A stretch of 58,922 nt of DNA, filler included, from Sphacelaria rigidula (Eukaryota), in NCBI GenBank assembly GCA_964200075.2. It is 10 parts of 10 records of this genome, joined end to end, with 100 filler letters (N's around TTAATTAATTAA, not from the genome) between each part and the next. Parts side by side here need not be neighbours in the genome. Positions count along the whole stretch, not along the records: positions 1 to 5,803 come from CAXNAA020024348.1; positions 5,904 to 11,706 come from CAXNAA020024349.1; positions 11,807 to 17,608 come from CAXNAA020024350.1; 7 more parts are not named here. The stretch is one strand, 5' to 3'. Made by a program: the position numbers and the translations under genes. Shown here in pieces: positions 1 through 12,917 of the stretch (positions within the stretch are counted from its first letter, which is position 1; each line of letters starts with the position of its first letter). The notes under the pieces were generated by a model. It was given only the letters and a program-made list of their open reading frames with translations, made no database searches and was not told the DNA's origin.

Positions 1-74
1 TCCTTTGGGCCCGGCTTTTCCCTTTTCGATTGACCTCGGAATTCTCCCCCCCAAAATCATCCCTTTTTTTTTTT

Positions 75-109
75 GGGGGGGGGGGGGGGCTATCGTAGAA
101 AGTATCCTA
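75..109 (-). repeat. Terminus of a dispersed element (family C: TAGGAYACTTTCTACGATAG followed by a C-run)
   Basis: The same sequence occurs at 52959-52986 (+), with a diverged copy at about 44205-44246. Two of the three copies run into contig ends. Confidence 0.7.
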
Positions 110-879
110 AAACTTGTGACCGAAGAACAACAACGGAGTGCCGGTCATAGTGCAGCGCAGCACTGGGGTGACGCTCTGAGCGGGCAGGGTGCTGACTTGT
201 GCACAAGATGCTTATTATATATCATGACAAACGCGCCCCAGGGTTCACGTTTCTACATAAGGCTACGTCAAGGGGTTATACGAGACACGTTTGCGCCCGA
301 CCTGAGCGGAAATCGGCAGCCACGCGGGGGGAAGCGGGGGGCGGAGATTGGGGTCGCGTGTATTTGTTGTGGCTGTGTCGGCGGTAGCGAAAGGGGTTGG
401 ACTTGTTTCCTGGTTCACTGAGGTGTCAAGGAGGTAGGATGTTCATGTGTACGCAACGCTGCGGCGGGCATGTCTGCTGTCCAGACACCAAAAACCCGAC
501 TCAAAATTCGACAAGTTGATTGATGGCCGAAATCTCGCAGCGTTTTTAGAGACGAGAACCCTCTGCTCCCGTTCCACGTAAGCAGACACATCTTCCTCCT
601 GATCAAAGTTGGCGTTGCCGTGCTAAAATAATAATCATGTAACATCAACCGCCATATGAGTGCCGCGCTGGAGCTTCAAACGCCAACGTGGTGAAGTCAG
701 CGCGTAACGTTACATTCGCTACACAAACCTGTGAAAAAAACGCTCGTATAGGGTCGGACGCAGATAGGACGGGGTCAGCATTTATTAACAACACCGCCCG
801 CGCATTCATGAAACGTCAAGACACTACAAATACCATCTATGAACACCCCCCTCCAAAATGTTCAAGCACTCAAGCTCAC

Positions 880-3800
880 CTCCTTGAGGACCATGACCGC
901 TGGCAGCGCGAAGCCGTACTTGCCGCCCTGGATGCAGTCGCGCACCCATTTTGAAGACGCCAAGCCACTTTTCGAGTTGTTATGCGACAAAATAAAAAAA
1001 GGGGGAGGGGGTACCCATGATGTTGCATGCCGTAGCCATAAGACCGTTGACCTCGGAGAGGGAGAAGGGGGGGCGTACTCATTTATTGCTTGCCTTAATC
1101 GTTCGACCATTGACCACGTATCCCTTTTGAGTCGGAGCACAGTTTCTACTCCTAGTAGAGAGGGGAAAGGGGGGAAGAAAAACGAACACAAAATACATGC
1201 TTATTCCATTTTTAAATAGTTGGTGCCGGGTGTGTTGCGCGGCGTCAGGTACTGCACAGTTTAACGTCAATGGTCAAGCACTGTAACCCCATATGCTGCT
1301 ATAACTCCCCTAATTTTCACCATGTCCAGAATCATCTCATCACTGTTGACGGCTACATTCTCCAACTCCCCCAGGTTTTGCGGTACGTCGAGACCACGTC
1401 ACGTACCTCATCACGAATTTCTTTTTCTCGTGTCCATGAGACAGGTACGAACCTTTACCGTGCACTTCGCTATATCTAGTTTTTTACGCGCTTTCAAGGG
1501 CGCTCCACCTCGCCACCGCCTCGAATTATCAGCGCGTAAACCATAACTGACATTAAGGCTGTCCGGTGTATGGATAGGTACCAAGGTGGGGGTGCCCCCC
1601 GCTGCCCCCCCCCCCCCCCCCCCCCCCCCCCGCACCCCCGTCTGCCGTCGCTTCTCTCCCCCCCCCCCCTCCTGCCTCGTATCCTCTCCTCCGACTCNNN
1701 NNNNNNNCCCGCTCGATTTTTCAGCGCGAAAACCATAACTTCCATAAAGGCTGCCCGGTGTATTTAGAGGTCCCAAGGGGGGGGGCCCCCCCTCTCCCCC
1801 CCCCCCCCCCCTCCAACCCGGGTAGTCTATGACTTGAATGATTCCCTCGTCCTCAACTAGGTAGGGTCATCTTCACCGAGCAAACCTCCTTTCAATGTGC
1901 CCCAGCTCGACTCTGTACACGAGTCACCCTACCCATCCCGGCGTTGGTCCTCATCGCGGATATATCCACCACTCGGACGCTAAAATTTACCTTTCGAAGT
2001 ATAATCGTCTCGTTGCTCTTCTCTCACGATTCGAGGTTTTGCTTGACTTAGTAGCACAACGCAATTTCGTGCACAGTGTTTGATACTACAAGAATATTTC
2101 ACATGAGCCCCGTGTCCCTCCATGCGGGATAAGAAGTAACCCTCCCCCTCCCTCCCTAGGCACCCAACCACACGTCCACGTAAAACTCGACGTACCCGTG
2201 CTGCGGACTCTCGAAGGAGATGTCGAGCGGAATGTAATCCATGCCGCTGCCGCCGCCCTGCCACGTGCTGCCATCATGGTTGCCCTCGTCGAAGGGAAAC
2301 TGTCCGCTGCCGCCGCTTTGAATAGGGTCCGCGAGAATTTTGATGACCGGCACCGCTGCCGTGTCGATGACCTACATAACACACGTGCGTAGAACGCGAT
2401 TTCTTTTCGATTCTAGTCTTCTTTATATTCTTCAAGACTAGGGGGCTGGGTATTAATACTAATAGTTGATACTCCGACATTCGTACCGATACTATACGCA
2501 CATACATGCACTCAACTCGTCAATTGAGGGGCGGGCATACATCGCGCACTCCCGGCACCGTGACCCATTTTCTTAGTGGCCCAAGAGCGGGGGATAGGGG
2601 TAGTAGGGGTGGGGGCGGGAGAATCGCGACACCCCTTGCAATATCCCAGGTGAACTTGTGTATCGGTGTGGACTGAGCTGAGTGCTCCCTCGACATGCGA
2701 ATAGAGACTGAGAGAAAAAGATCTGCCCCTGCTCCGATCTGGTGCCGGTCACAGCCAGTAAATACTGCCCACAGCGGTACTGCACGACCAAAAATAGAAG
2801 GGAGCTGAAAACAGTTACGCAAGACGGTCGTCTCTGTCACTTTCAAAGGCAGCTACGGTATAGGGTACAGCAGAATAGCGTACGCCACGTACCGCTAGTT
2901 GTGGGTACATGCAGTGCCGATAGCACCGACTACCCACAGCACGAGTATTCCAGGGTGCCAGGATACCTGGAGTATGGGCATTTCCAAAACATCACTGTGA
3001 CGTTGATGGATTTTTATGCGCGTCGGTCTTCAGAGGTAATGGCCGGACAAATATTCGGTTTCAGTGTGAACTATCCTATTAAAACGTTCGAGGGGGGCTC
3101 AGGGTCCCAGGTGCTCGGCAGAGTATGCAAGGCGCGTTTTTGTTCAAGTCGGTGCCGATTCAAGCTCTGCCAACGGACACCTCGCCCAGGACATCTCACG
3201 TGCCTACAGGCTGGTTCACGCTTATCAAGCAAAGAGCAATCATCTGCAGAGACTTGACGCAGTCATCAGGAGTTAGACCCTGATACTTTGCGCAATTTTG
3301 ATATGGGACAGTACGCAACTTTCTGTTGACGATTTTTTTTTTCAACTTCTTAACTTTTCCACCGGATTTCGGGGGTCCCAGGATTCTCACGAGGTCTTGG
3401 ACGCCGTGGATCCCCGAAAACTGGTGAAAATCGAAGAGTACAGAGAACTCATTCATGGACATTTTGTGATGATCCAAAGTATGGGTGTGCAAAATTTCAT
3501 GCTTTAAATCCTAGAAATGGCGTGACTTTTTGCGCTTTTGAGCGATCAAATGAGCTTGAGGAAAACTGTATGAGGTTTTTGAGTTTCGCAGCCAAACTTT
3601 GTGCAAATGTATCTTGGACTACCCGGGACGCATAATATTAGTTATCTTATTTTGAATCATTCTGTACTCTTCAAGCTGGAACCCCCGGATGCCGGCTGGT
3701 GTAGAACGGAGAAACTATCAAATCTCGTCATCAATACATTTGTTCCATTTAGAGCACCAACACCTACGGAACTGTCGAGTGTGAGGGCGATCTGAGCTTC

Positions 3801-5471
3801 TCCACGACAGACATAAGGGAAACCTTCCTGGGTCTCTCGTGCGTATCATGAACGGAAATCCGCCGACGCCAAAACTCCATCTCACCGAAATATCACGGTT
3901 TGAGGTATAACTCGGTCCATATGGTAACCGTTTCCAAGTCTGTTTTCGTCGGTTACATCCCAAGCTGATGGCGATCACGGCGCTTCGAAGCATGTGGAGA
4001 CTGGGAAGAAACTGGGGTGAGAATTCGTGTTTTTCGATTTCAGAACAATTTTAAGGGCGCTGATTGGTGAAGGTATCCTTTTGCCCTCAGTACCACCGTC
4101 ATGGCCTTGAACAAAAATCCAGCTGTCACCCTGTTCGACTAATGAGTAGGCACCGTGGAAGGCATTTGATTATGACACAATTTTGGATGATAATAGTGAA
4201 CCAGCCTGTACCTTGCCTGGGGATTCTTGGGATGCTTCGGGTCAGGGTCAGGGTTCAGTAAAAAACAGGCATGCCTCGGCCCTGAATTTTGGCAACCAAC
4301 TCGCGTGAACGTGCCTTGATGACGGTGGATGCGCCCCCCCATGTGATACGAATTTGGGAACGTGGAAACCCATTATTAGTGCGTCACTTTTATCGAGCCC
4401 CTCGTTCCTCGAGACGGGTTCGCGATCTCAAGGGATCGACCCAACCCATCTTTACCCCAGTACACGCCTTACATCGTGGTATCGCGGATGACATCCGCAC
4501 CCCCGCACCGTGCTGACTGCGTCTAACAAACGCCGTAGATACCGACATGGTGCAAAAAAACGCCAAAAAAAACACTCTCAGGAGTGTCATTCGAGGAGGG
4601 GGGTGGGGGGGTGGATACACTATGTACCGGTGATATTTTCCCTCACCTACCGTAGCTACCGATACCTATACCCGACCTACGCCATACTTGGCCCACTGGC
4701 ACTGCTTTGACTACCAATTTGACAAACGTTTTTTCGGAGTTCAGAGAGGCCAATACATGTGGTGGGCGCCGTCCTGTCGGCAATTGTTCTTCGCGCGTAA
4801 GCTGGAGAAAGAGAAACGTCGCTCTTGACACGAGTGTTTCTTCCTGTTATTCCTCTCTCACCTGAGTTTCTGGCTTTCAAGAACAAAACACACGCAGCCA
4901 ACCATCCACTACCGCACGCAGACACCCTAGGCACATCGAGCATGCGATACATACCCAACCACGCGAGCTTTGACGAGAATACGAAGCAACACGCATGTCT
5001 GTGTACGCTGAGACAACGACAAGGTACAGGTTTTTGGGGTCTGCAAAGAAATCAGCGGCACACGCGAACACACGTGCGTCTCACCATGGCTGTTGGGAAT
5101 TCTTCTTGTCTCTTTTACTCGAGTTTCTCCGGAAGGGGTGCTCATGTTTGTTAACCTCGGATACGTTCATCTCGTCAACGCCGCTAGACTCGTATCATAT
5201 CCATTCATGTGAGATAATCGAATACTCAACCGATCGATCAATAAAGACACGAACACCGTGTAGACGGTGGACGAGAACAACGACACAAATGAGTAATGAC
5301 GCACCTTCATCCCTCGTACCCAGCTCTGCTCTTGCAGGACGTTGGCCAGCTTTTGCAGGTTCGCCACCGTGTGCATGCCGTTGTACCCAGCGCGCGACCC
5401 TCCGTAGCTAAAATTCGTCCCATTTATCCCGCACACCACCACGTCAACGTCGCTGCTCGGCAGCTCCAAGC
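880..5471 (-). CDS. Partial non-canonical poly(A) polymerase / terminal nucleotidyltransferase (TRF4/PAPD5/Cid14-like). Exons 5471-5305, 2371-2196 and 967-880
   Basis: Three AG/GT-bounded exons splice in compatible phase to GLELPSSDVDVVV...VIDTAAVPVIKILADP...IPLDISFESPQHGGLASSKWV...PAVMVLKE. This contains the Pol-beta NTase DxD motif and the third Asp (LDISF). Confidence 0.85.
1001..1055 (-). mobile_element. 5'-truncated retroposon 3' end, subfamily B
   Basis: Minus strand reads GAGGTCAACGGTCTTATGGCTACGGCATGCAACATCATGGGTAC then a C-run. It matches the copies at 14157, 19480 and 35415 and abuts the C-tail of the adjacent A copy. Confidence 0.75.
1074..1160 (-). mobile_element. 5'-truncated LINE 3' end, subfamily A, with target-site duplication
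   Basis: Minus strand reads ...GTGCTCCGACTCAAAAGGGATACGTGGTCAATGGTCGAACGATTAAGGCAAGCAATAAATGAGTACG-Cn. Flanked by direct repeats GAGAGGGAGAAGGGGGGG (1056-1073) and GAGAGGGGAAAGGGGGG (1158-1174). Confidence 0.8.
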
Positions 5472-6319
5472 CTTCCGAACGTACAACAGACAGAGAAGTA
5501 CAGAAACAGCGAAATATGACAAGTAGCTGGCAAACAATGAACATATACATCCCGAGTCCTGATATAAACGTAGACTTGGTGTTCAAACAGCTCGTGGATG
5601 TACTGCATTCGGGCCGACGCCCTGCAATCACAGGCGTAATGCATGCTTCTGTACCAACTGGTAGGATGGAGTTTCTTGTGTGCGATCGTCCGGTAGATGG
5701 CGCTTATCGCTCGCGAGAAGATGTTGTTCACGGCACACACGACCCCCCCCCCCCCCCCCCCCCCACCAACACACAACAAAAAAGCCCGGGGAAAGGGGGA
5801 GAANNNNNNNNNNNNNNNNNNNNNNNNNNNNNNNNNNNNNNNNNNNNTTAATTAATTAANNNNNNNNNNNNNNNNNNNNNNNNNNNNNNNNNNNNNNNNN
5901 NNNCCCCTACCCCCCCACCCCATTATTGGCGTCCCTGACGGCGAGGCTTTCTTTCCTCTTCATAGTGCTTATTACGGTTAGCCGTGCGGTTGGAAGTCCT
6001 CATCTGCTCATCCTCATCAATTACGGTTAATGTCGGGCTTTTTTTTATGTTCCACCATTGCGTTCAAACCTCCGCCCGTGCAAGACCCGTGGCGCTGATA
6101 CGTTCGGCACTGCTGCCACGCGCGTCAGCCGTGGCTTACCACTAGTATTATATTATTATGTATATATCAAACGAATTCGACAACTCTTCGAAGCAACGCA
6201 CGCGAACTTCTGCGGCTCCCTTCGAAGTTTTTCATAATCTGCACGCGCTCCGGCATCCACCGCGTCTGGATCTTCCCTGAAGTGTACACCATACTTATAA
6301 CATTCGATATCTGTCGACC

Positions 6320-6660
6320 GGCCAATACATTGGCACGCAGGCAGACCCAATACATATATATTGACCGGTCAATATGTTCCCACCAATGCGACCCTAATAT
6401 ACATTGGTCGTGCAATATGGCGTCGCTCACACTACCCCAATATATACTGATTGGACAATACGTGTTCAACGCCACGGTACCAACATATATTGGGCGGGCA
6501 ATATGTATGCAGTCCCACGACATCAGTATATATTGGGCGCGCAATACGTGTGCAGTCCAAGGGTACCAATATATATATATATATATTACGCCAGCAATAC
6601 ACCGCAAAATTCCAATGCGATCGACTAATATATATTGAACACACATTGTATTGTCCAGGG
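6320..6660. repeat. Degenerate tandem array of roughly 40-45-bp units built on CCAATATATATTG
   Basis: Repeated ccaa(t/c)atatattgg..gcaata(c/t)gt.tgcagtcc units. It resembles subterminal repeats of a DNA transposon. Confidence 0.65.
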
Positions 6661-6867
6661 TGTGCACATGTCCTATGTCGGCGGTTCTGCCGGCGGCCTC
6701 GGTCCGAATTCCCATTTTTCCGAACGATATACGAGATACATGCGATGTTTTGTACAGCCACGATCACTACTGTACGTTGAGATACAACAGTCTCTCTTAT
6801 CCGTAAATTTTCGACTTGCGTCACCCCCGGGAGGCCCGTACCAACCTCCCCAAGGGGAACCTTGTAA

Positions 6868-7030
6868 GATATGTAAGGTTTTTGTGCAATGTATGGAAGA
6901 AAGTTAATGAGGGCCCAAATGTTGGAGGAGTCTCTACTAGGAGTAGGAACGGTGCTTCGCCTCGAAAGGGGTGCGTGGTCAATGGTCAAAATACCAAGGC
7001 GCAAGCAGCGAATGAGGACGCCCCCCCCCC
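6868..7030 (+). mobile_element. LINE 3' end, subfamily A (longer copy)
   Basis: The frame RFLCNVWKKVNEGPNVGGVSTRSRNGASPRKGCVVNGQ is followed by a C10 run. Homologous to the other A copies. Confidence 0.8.
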
Positions 7031-7276
7031 TTCCCTCGTTGACTAGATTGCGGTGTTTTATTACTACGAAGAATGCTAGGGATAGGCGTTGACACACAGG
7101 CTATCCAGGCAATGCTCAGTAACATAGCGAGAACAGTATGCTCCGTTTGGTGTTTATGCGGAGTAATCGCCGTCAGTTGGAGTTGTCAAGTATTGGATTT
7201 CTTGGCTGGAACAGTATGGACCGATCTGAGAAACGATCCCGGACAATCTAGATCTTTTATGCGGTAGGATACGACG

Positions 7277-7540
7277 TGTTGAGGAAAATGAGCACAAGAG
7301 AAGTCACGAGTACGTCACGAGCCTTGCGTTTTCCCTCTTCACTTCTCCAACTTATCAACTGGACCCCAACAGTCCGCTCTTTTCCACAAGTCTTCGTGAA
7401 CCGTGAGCGCCCATTCAACACCAATCTTTTCTTCTTGCACAGTCGAGCCACTGCTAACTCGGCAGCTCAACATCAGCTAGCGTCAGCCTTCTGCAGCCAC
7501 TTGCGGTGTACAATAACGCACTCTCAACAGGTTTTGAGCC
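7277..7540 (+). repeat. 5' LTR (7277-7529) and copia-type primer binding site (7530-7540)
   Basis: TGTTG...CAACA termini are followed immediately by GGTTTTGAGCC. This resembles the GGTTATGGGCCC PBS of Drosophila copia, which is primed by a half tRNA-iMet. Confidence 0.75.
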
Positions 7541-8207
7541 ATCGCCTCAGCGCGGCGCTAGTGCAGGTATATCGGGGAGCGACGTCTTCGAGCATCCAGC
7601 GCAAGCAAGCTTGGCACACCTGCGTGAAGAATTCTACATACAGTGAGAATTTTGAGCCAGCCTGCTCTACCGCTGGAATACTGGATTGATCCACCCGGAG
7701 TCCATGTTCCCTGCACAAAAACTGGTACGAAAACAACTGGTTGGTGCATCGCATCCGGGGGCATTTCATGCCGGCCTTGGTTGCTGGTCGAGGATTTTTT
7801 TAAGGCATCTGTGATTTCTGCGCAGCGATCATTGCAACCGTTCGGGGCGTGAAATTTTGCAGTTTACAGTCGGACATTGCTCATCGTGGCCTGCACGGAA
7901 GACGTGCAGCGTTGAACTTTGGGAAGCAGTTTCAATCAAGCCGAGGACTCAGCCCGTTCAGCAAAGTTTGCTCCGGGCAGGGAAACGACTGCAGTGTAGC
8001 CAGCTGCAGCCATGAGTGCTTGCCTACACGGACGACGTGCAGAAAAAATATCTGAAAGGCACATCGCGCGTCGAGTATTTTCACAATCTCGGGGCGTTGG
8101 AATCGTGCCTAGGATTTGGTCTGTGGCAACCTGTGCTCAGACCCAAGACCCCACTGCACTAGCTACAGTAGCTACGATACCGCCGTTAGAAGCGTGCACG
8201 CTTGATG

Positions 8208-9084
8208 TGTTGCAGGCGATCTGGACAGCGATACATTTGCGCGTCGAGCACTTACAATATCAGGGGGGGGGGGCATCGGAGTCGTACCTCGGCACTTGCC
8301 TAATAATTCGAGGGTTCTACAGTGGAAGCAACCGCGGCATCATGGAGCAAGCCTTCAACGTACAAACAAATCTCGAGTGAACCCCCAACTTTGACCGAAC
8401 CAGAATGGTGTTGCGCGAATGGCGGTCGAAGGTTTGTGTAGTGATCGACTACTCGAACACGTTCCTCGACACTGTGGAGGCGAGATGATGCCCGGAGTCA
8501 GGAGGAGGACAGCTGCTGGGCGACATTGCAGGAGTTCCACCAGCCATTGAGCAGGCAACCGAAAGATGGTAGAGCGGGAACCAACACCTCTTCTCGACCC
8601 TGTACCTCCTTATCATCGGGTCGGTGAACATCTTCGTGCAAGAGTACAAGGGCACAAAACCGGGAGAGGGACTCGGCGATGGCATAGCTGCCTGGGAAGC
8701 GCTTGCGGGTAAGTACGACAGCTTCTCCACAGAGAATCCGCAACCGTGCTACGACAAGTTGTGCCACACCAAGATTCGGTACAAGAAGGATGCGGAGGAT
8801 TCCTTCTATGCTGCATGTTAGTGGTGTCAGTGTCGAGGAACGTGTTCGAGTAGTTGATCACTACACAAACCTTCGATCGCCAATCGCGCAACACCATTCT
8901 GGTTCGGTCAAAGTTGGGGGTTCACTCGAGATTTGTTCGTACGTTGAAGGCTTGTTCCATGATGCCGCGGCTGCTTCCACTCTAGAACCCTCGAAGTATT
9001 AGGCAAGTCCCGAGGTACGACTCCGACGCCCCCCGATATTGTAAGTGCTCGACGCGCAAATATATCGCTGTCCAGATCTCCAAC
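8208..9084. repeat. Two inverted copies of a roughly 265-bp solo-LTR-like unit (8208-8474 minus, 8816-9084 plus) inside the copia gag region
   Basis: Long, highly similar reverse-complement match. Composite termini are TGTTAG...GCAACA. The second copy interrupts the gag frame. Confidence 0.85.
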
Positions 9085-11806
9085 GACTTCGTGAGACGGA
9101 CCAGCTTCCGCGACCGCGACTGGGGGTTGGAAGAGATCAAGTTCACAATCCAGACGTGTTCATCGACAACCTTTCTCGCGTATGCCCCGAATCTGTTGTG
9201 GGTCGCGGCGTGGCCATACGGGCGACGCATGGCGACCTGAGTGGCATTCAGCTCTTTCTCTGCGAAAAATATGGGCACCATTGCAACGACTACCCTAAAC
9301 CTCTGCGGCAGCGGCCGCAGCAGTACCAACAATAACAGAGGCAGAAGAAGCACTGGAAGAACGGAGGAGACAGCAAAACCAAGTGGTGCTCTTTTCACAA
9401 GACAAGGACCCAGAGCGACGAGCAGTGCCTCAGGCAGGAGGCTGTGGAAAAGGAGAACGCCAGTAGAATCAACTTCGCCAACATTGGCAGCGCGCAATTT
9501 GCCCAGACAGCAGAGCCCAAACAGTGAACGTTTGGGTCCTTCTTCGCATCTGTCGGGCCTGCACTCGCGCCAGTGGCTCGCGCCAGTGGCGGACGGGTTG
9601 AGGAAACCGGCGGGCCCCGACATGTTAGTCTTCGTGCTTCGGCCATCGCCGTAGGAACGGCTTAAGCGAGGGAATGCGGATACTCTTGAGGTTATGCCGG
9701 GCGTTTGCTGAAATTCCATCCGGATGGAGAGTCTTACATGGCGACGTCAACGGCTTTGGCTTCGATGTAGCACAATGGGGACGGCATCAACAGCACCTCC
9801 CTCATGATGTTGATGAGTAGCGGTCCGTCTGGACATTATCTGGACAGCGAGCTCGCCCCCGAAATTCAACGCCGGATGACGAACTGCGCGGAGCTGAAGC
9901 AGCCCCACAGGATGGTCACCGCTCGACAACACGTCGTGGAAGGTGTCGTGACGGGGATCATTTCTGGTGCCGTCGCCGACCGAGACGGCGAGAAGCACGG
10001 GGTTCCACTGCCGCTCATCATCGTGCCTCGTAATGGCACCTGTTTTATGTAGCTATGTCATCGAACACGGGAGCTGTTACTATTTTAGACTCTATTCAAT
10101 CGCACCTGGAGACGGGAAGCATCCCTCTGCTGTTGGAACGACTTGAGGACGACGAAGTTCTGAACTCCTTTTTGTTAGATCTGGGCGGAGGAATACTCGA
10201 GACGGCTATGCGAGCTGAGTCGATGGACCTGTGGCACCAGCGCTTGGGACACGTCAACCGCAGGAGTCTGTATGTTCCGAAGAAGATGGACTACAACGGC
10301 GTCAACTGCGGCAGGGATGTGTCAGCTTGCAATATCTGTGTCATCGGGGAACGCATACAGTAAGGTCACCCCGAGGAAGCTACCTACGACGTCACTGGCC
10401 CTTTCCAACTTGTCTAAACCGATCTCATGGGATCCAGTACTCCTTACGCCTTTTGGGGCCACAGCTACGCGAGCAAGTTCAATAGCCAGGTGAACAAGTG
10501 GAAGAAGATCTTACTCATCAAGGGCAAGAGCAACTCCGTCAAATCGCTCAAAATGTTCGTGCAAGTACTCGTGATTCCCAGGGAGATGCGAATGTAGCGC
10601 CTTCGCACGGACAGAGAGAGGGGTACACCAGTGATGCAGTCAAGGACCGCTGTATCAGACCGGCATTCGACAAGACTTCGCCTCAACAGACACACCACAG
10701 CAGAACAGCGCGTGCGAGCGTGACGGGAGGACTCTCGCCGGGATGGTGCGTTGCCTTTTCACCCGGCCTGTTGAAGTTCTGTGGGGAGAACCCATCAAAC
10801 CGCGGTATACCTGGCGAACAGGGTGCCGCATGCAGCGCTGAGAAGCATCCCGCCGTACAAGGGCCTCTACGGCAAGGAGACATTTTCGGGCCATCGGCGC
10901 CAAGGTTTTCGTTCACGGTGAAACACACACAAAGAAGCTCGACCGTCAGGCCTGGGAAGAACGGCTCTGCGGGTACAGCATGGGCAGCAAGTCGTTCCTC
11001 ATCTACGATCCGGTCAAGAGAAACGTGAGGAAGAGCAGGAAGGTCGTATTATATTGAGACACCGTCTACTTGCGGGATCCGGAAATTGGCGGGCAAATTT
11101 TAATTACAGTGACTTCACGTGCGAGGAGCAACGACGTACTTGGGAGAGACGTGAGGAACTACACTCCACACCTTAATCTCAAGCGCCGCTCAACGACGTC
11201 GCGGGGATCAATCCATCGGCACCGGATAACGACGAACTTTGGGGCATTGTGGAGAAAATCCGCGAAATTGCCGCTCGTAATCTGGGACTACCCGCCGGGT
11301 TGGGACCTGCATTACCAGAGAGGGATTCGCCGGCGAAAGCTAAGCCGAGTAGAAAATCTAGAGAAATACCTTCATTAACATCACGGGAAGCATCTTCAAC
11401 TGCCTCAGGTAGAGCATCTTCGTCTGCTGCGGCAAGTGTCTCGCGTTCCAACATCCGGAGCACGCCTTCCGCGGGAGCGCCGAGTGCGCCGGGGCGTGCG
11501 GCGACCCGATCTAGCGGTCGACTTCCCTCCTATCCCGACACGCTCGACGACGGGGTTAGTGCGACAACATAGCGCGAACTGAATTCGCTAGCGTCCTACA
11601 CCAAGGAGATGGTGGCGGAGTTGCCCAGCACGCGTACACGCTGATTATTTCCGAAGTACGTCAACAAGCATACCTCCAGCCGCAGCGCCCCTGACTACCA
11701 CATGCTNNNNNNNNNNNNNNNNNNNNNNNNNNNNNNNNNNNNNNNNNNNNTTAATTAATTAANNNNNNNNNNNNNNNNNNNNNNNNNNNNNNNNNNNNNN
11801 NNNNNN

Positions 11807-11872
11807 TACTCATTTGTTGCTTGCCTTAGTCGTTTGACCATTGACCACGCATCCCTTTCGAGACGGAGCATA
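11807..11872 (-). mobile_element. LINE 3' end, subfamily A, cut by the contig edge at its C-tail
   Basis: Minus strand reads ATGCTCCGTCTCGAAAGGGATGCGTGGTCAATGGTCAAACGACTAAGGCAAGCAACAAATGAGTA. A C-run also lies on its 5' side (11883-11902). Confidence 0.8.
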
Positions 11873-12034
11873 ACTCTAATCTGGGGGGGGGGGGCGGGGG
11901 GGCTTGGATAAAATGAAAACGAGGTTTGGAGCTTGACGCTTGTCCATGTGCAGATATGCATTTGAACTTGAACATTATAGATTCAACATCGTCGAAGATC
12001 CCATTATAGTTGTTTGCTCGTCGGATTGCTGACT

Positions 12035-12235
12035 CCTCCACTCAAGTCGTTCATCACAAGCAATAACTAGTGTGCTCGAGTCATTTACTTCGCCACGAGC
12101 GATGACTCGAGTACTCGTCCCATTGCTTTTTTCCACAACGAGCAATGACTCAAGGACTCACCCAACTTATTTCTACGACCAACGAGCAGCCCAACGAGTG
12201 CGAGTGCCATGAGTCATACTCGTGCTCATCCGACG
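12035..12235. repeat. Degenerate tandem repeats (ACGAGC.ATGACTC / CTCGAGT motifs)
   Basis: Several imperfect recurrences of acgagc(g/a)atgactc and actc motifs. Confidence 0.45.
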
Positions 12236-12917
12236 TGTGATTTTTTTCGTAGGCTGCGATGTCCAATAGCGGTTTCGCGTGGCACCGCTCATCCCAGTGG
12301 ACGTTTGATCCCGAAGTTTGGGGATCGGGAGATACTAGGTATACGCTCCATATTCCGGAACAAGGATCGCCTCTGCACCCATATTGAACGTCTTACGGGC
12401 TGACCAGTCCTCGGGGGTCCTGCGACTACCCAGACCCAGGTTCTGACCCTAGGGCATTTCTGCTGGATGGAAGCAATCTTGATCGTTCTCGTGAACGACT
12501 GTAAATAAATTTGTATTTCATTTCCACTTATTCATTGCGCCAGAGCCGGTCGATAACACGCCCCTGATACACGAGGTCTTTACTCCCTATCACCCCGACA
12601 ACATCAACTTGAGGATTGTGTCCTGAGCACCACGTGCTTCTGTTCCCAATATCTGTCGAAGGTTAGACTTTCTAGTGCTGAGGTAGAATGCTATCCCGTA
12701 GGCAATCAAGAATCGTTGGATTCCGCTCGACTGCTTCGCTTTTCGTGCGTGCTATGAGGCATTGTTATGGTGCCTGTGCGCGTGCGTGCGTGTGTGTTGA
12801 GCGACGGTACACATGAGCTCGGGCGAAAATGGATTCTCACCGATGATTGTACGTCTCTTATTTTTTTGTCTCGTGCCCGTACCTTGTTCTCCGTGTGGCG
12901 CGCACCCGTTTTCGCAG

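Larger units (their letters stand above)
7277..11706 (+). mobile_element. Decayed Ty1/copia LTR retrotransposon (5' LTR, PBS, gag, protease, integrase), truncated by the contig end
   Basis: Gag fragment GDGIAAWEALAGKYD (8624-8815), degenerate zinc knuckle LCEKYGHHCND (about 9260) and protease-like SSGPSGHYLD (about 9815). GAG-pre-integrase LWHQRLGHVN...CNIC (10230-10340) and integrase core remnants (10400-11060) precede any RT, which is copia order. Many stops and frameshifts. Confidence 0.9.

Noticed and set aside
1505..1815. Tandem duplication of a roughly 100-bp unit around a 10-N gap
   Set aside because: The second copy looks like a low-quality re-read beside a poly(C) tract. It is most likely a scaffolding overlap artefact.
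880..5471. Idea that the TRF4-like nucleotidyltransferase adds the poly(C) tails and forms a system with the retroposons
   Set aside because: The TSDs show the C-runs are target-derived. The copies in its intron are ordinary insertions, and nothing indicates CTP specificity.
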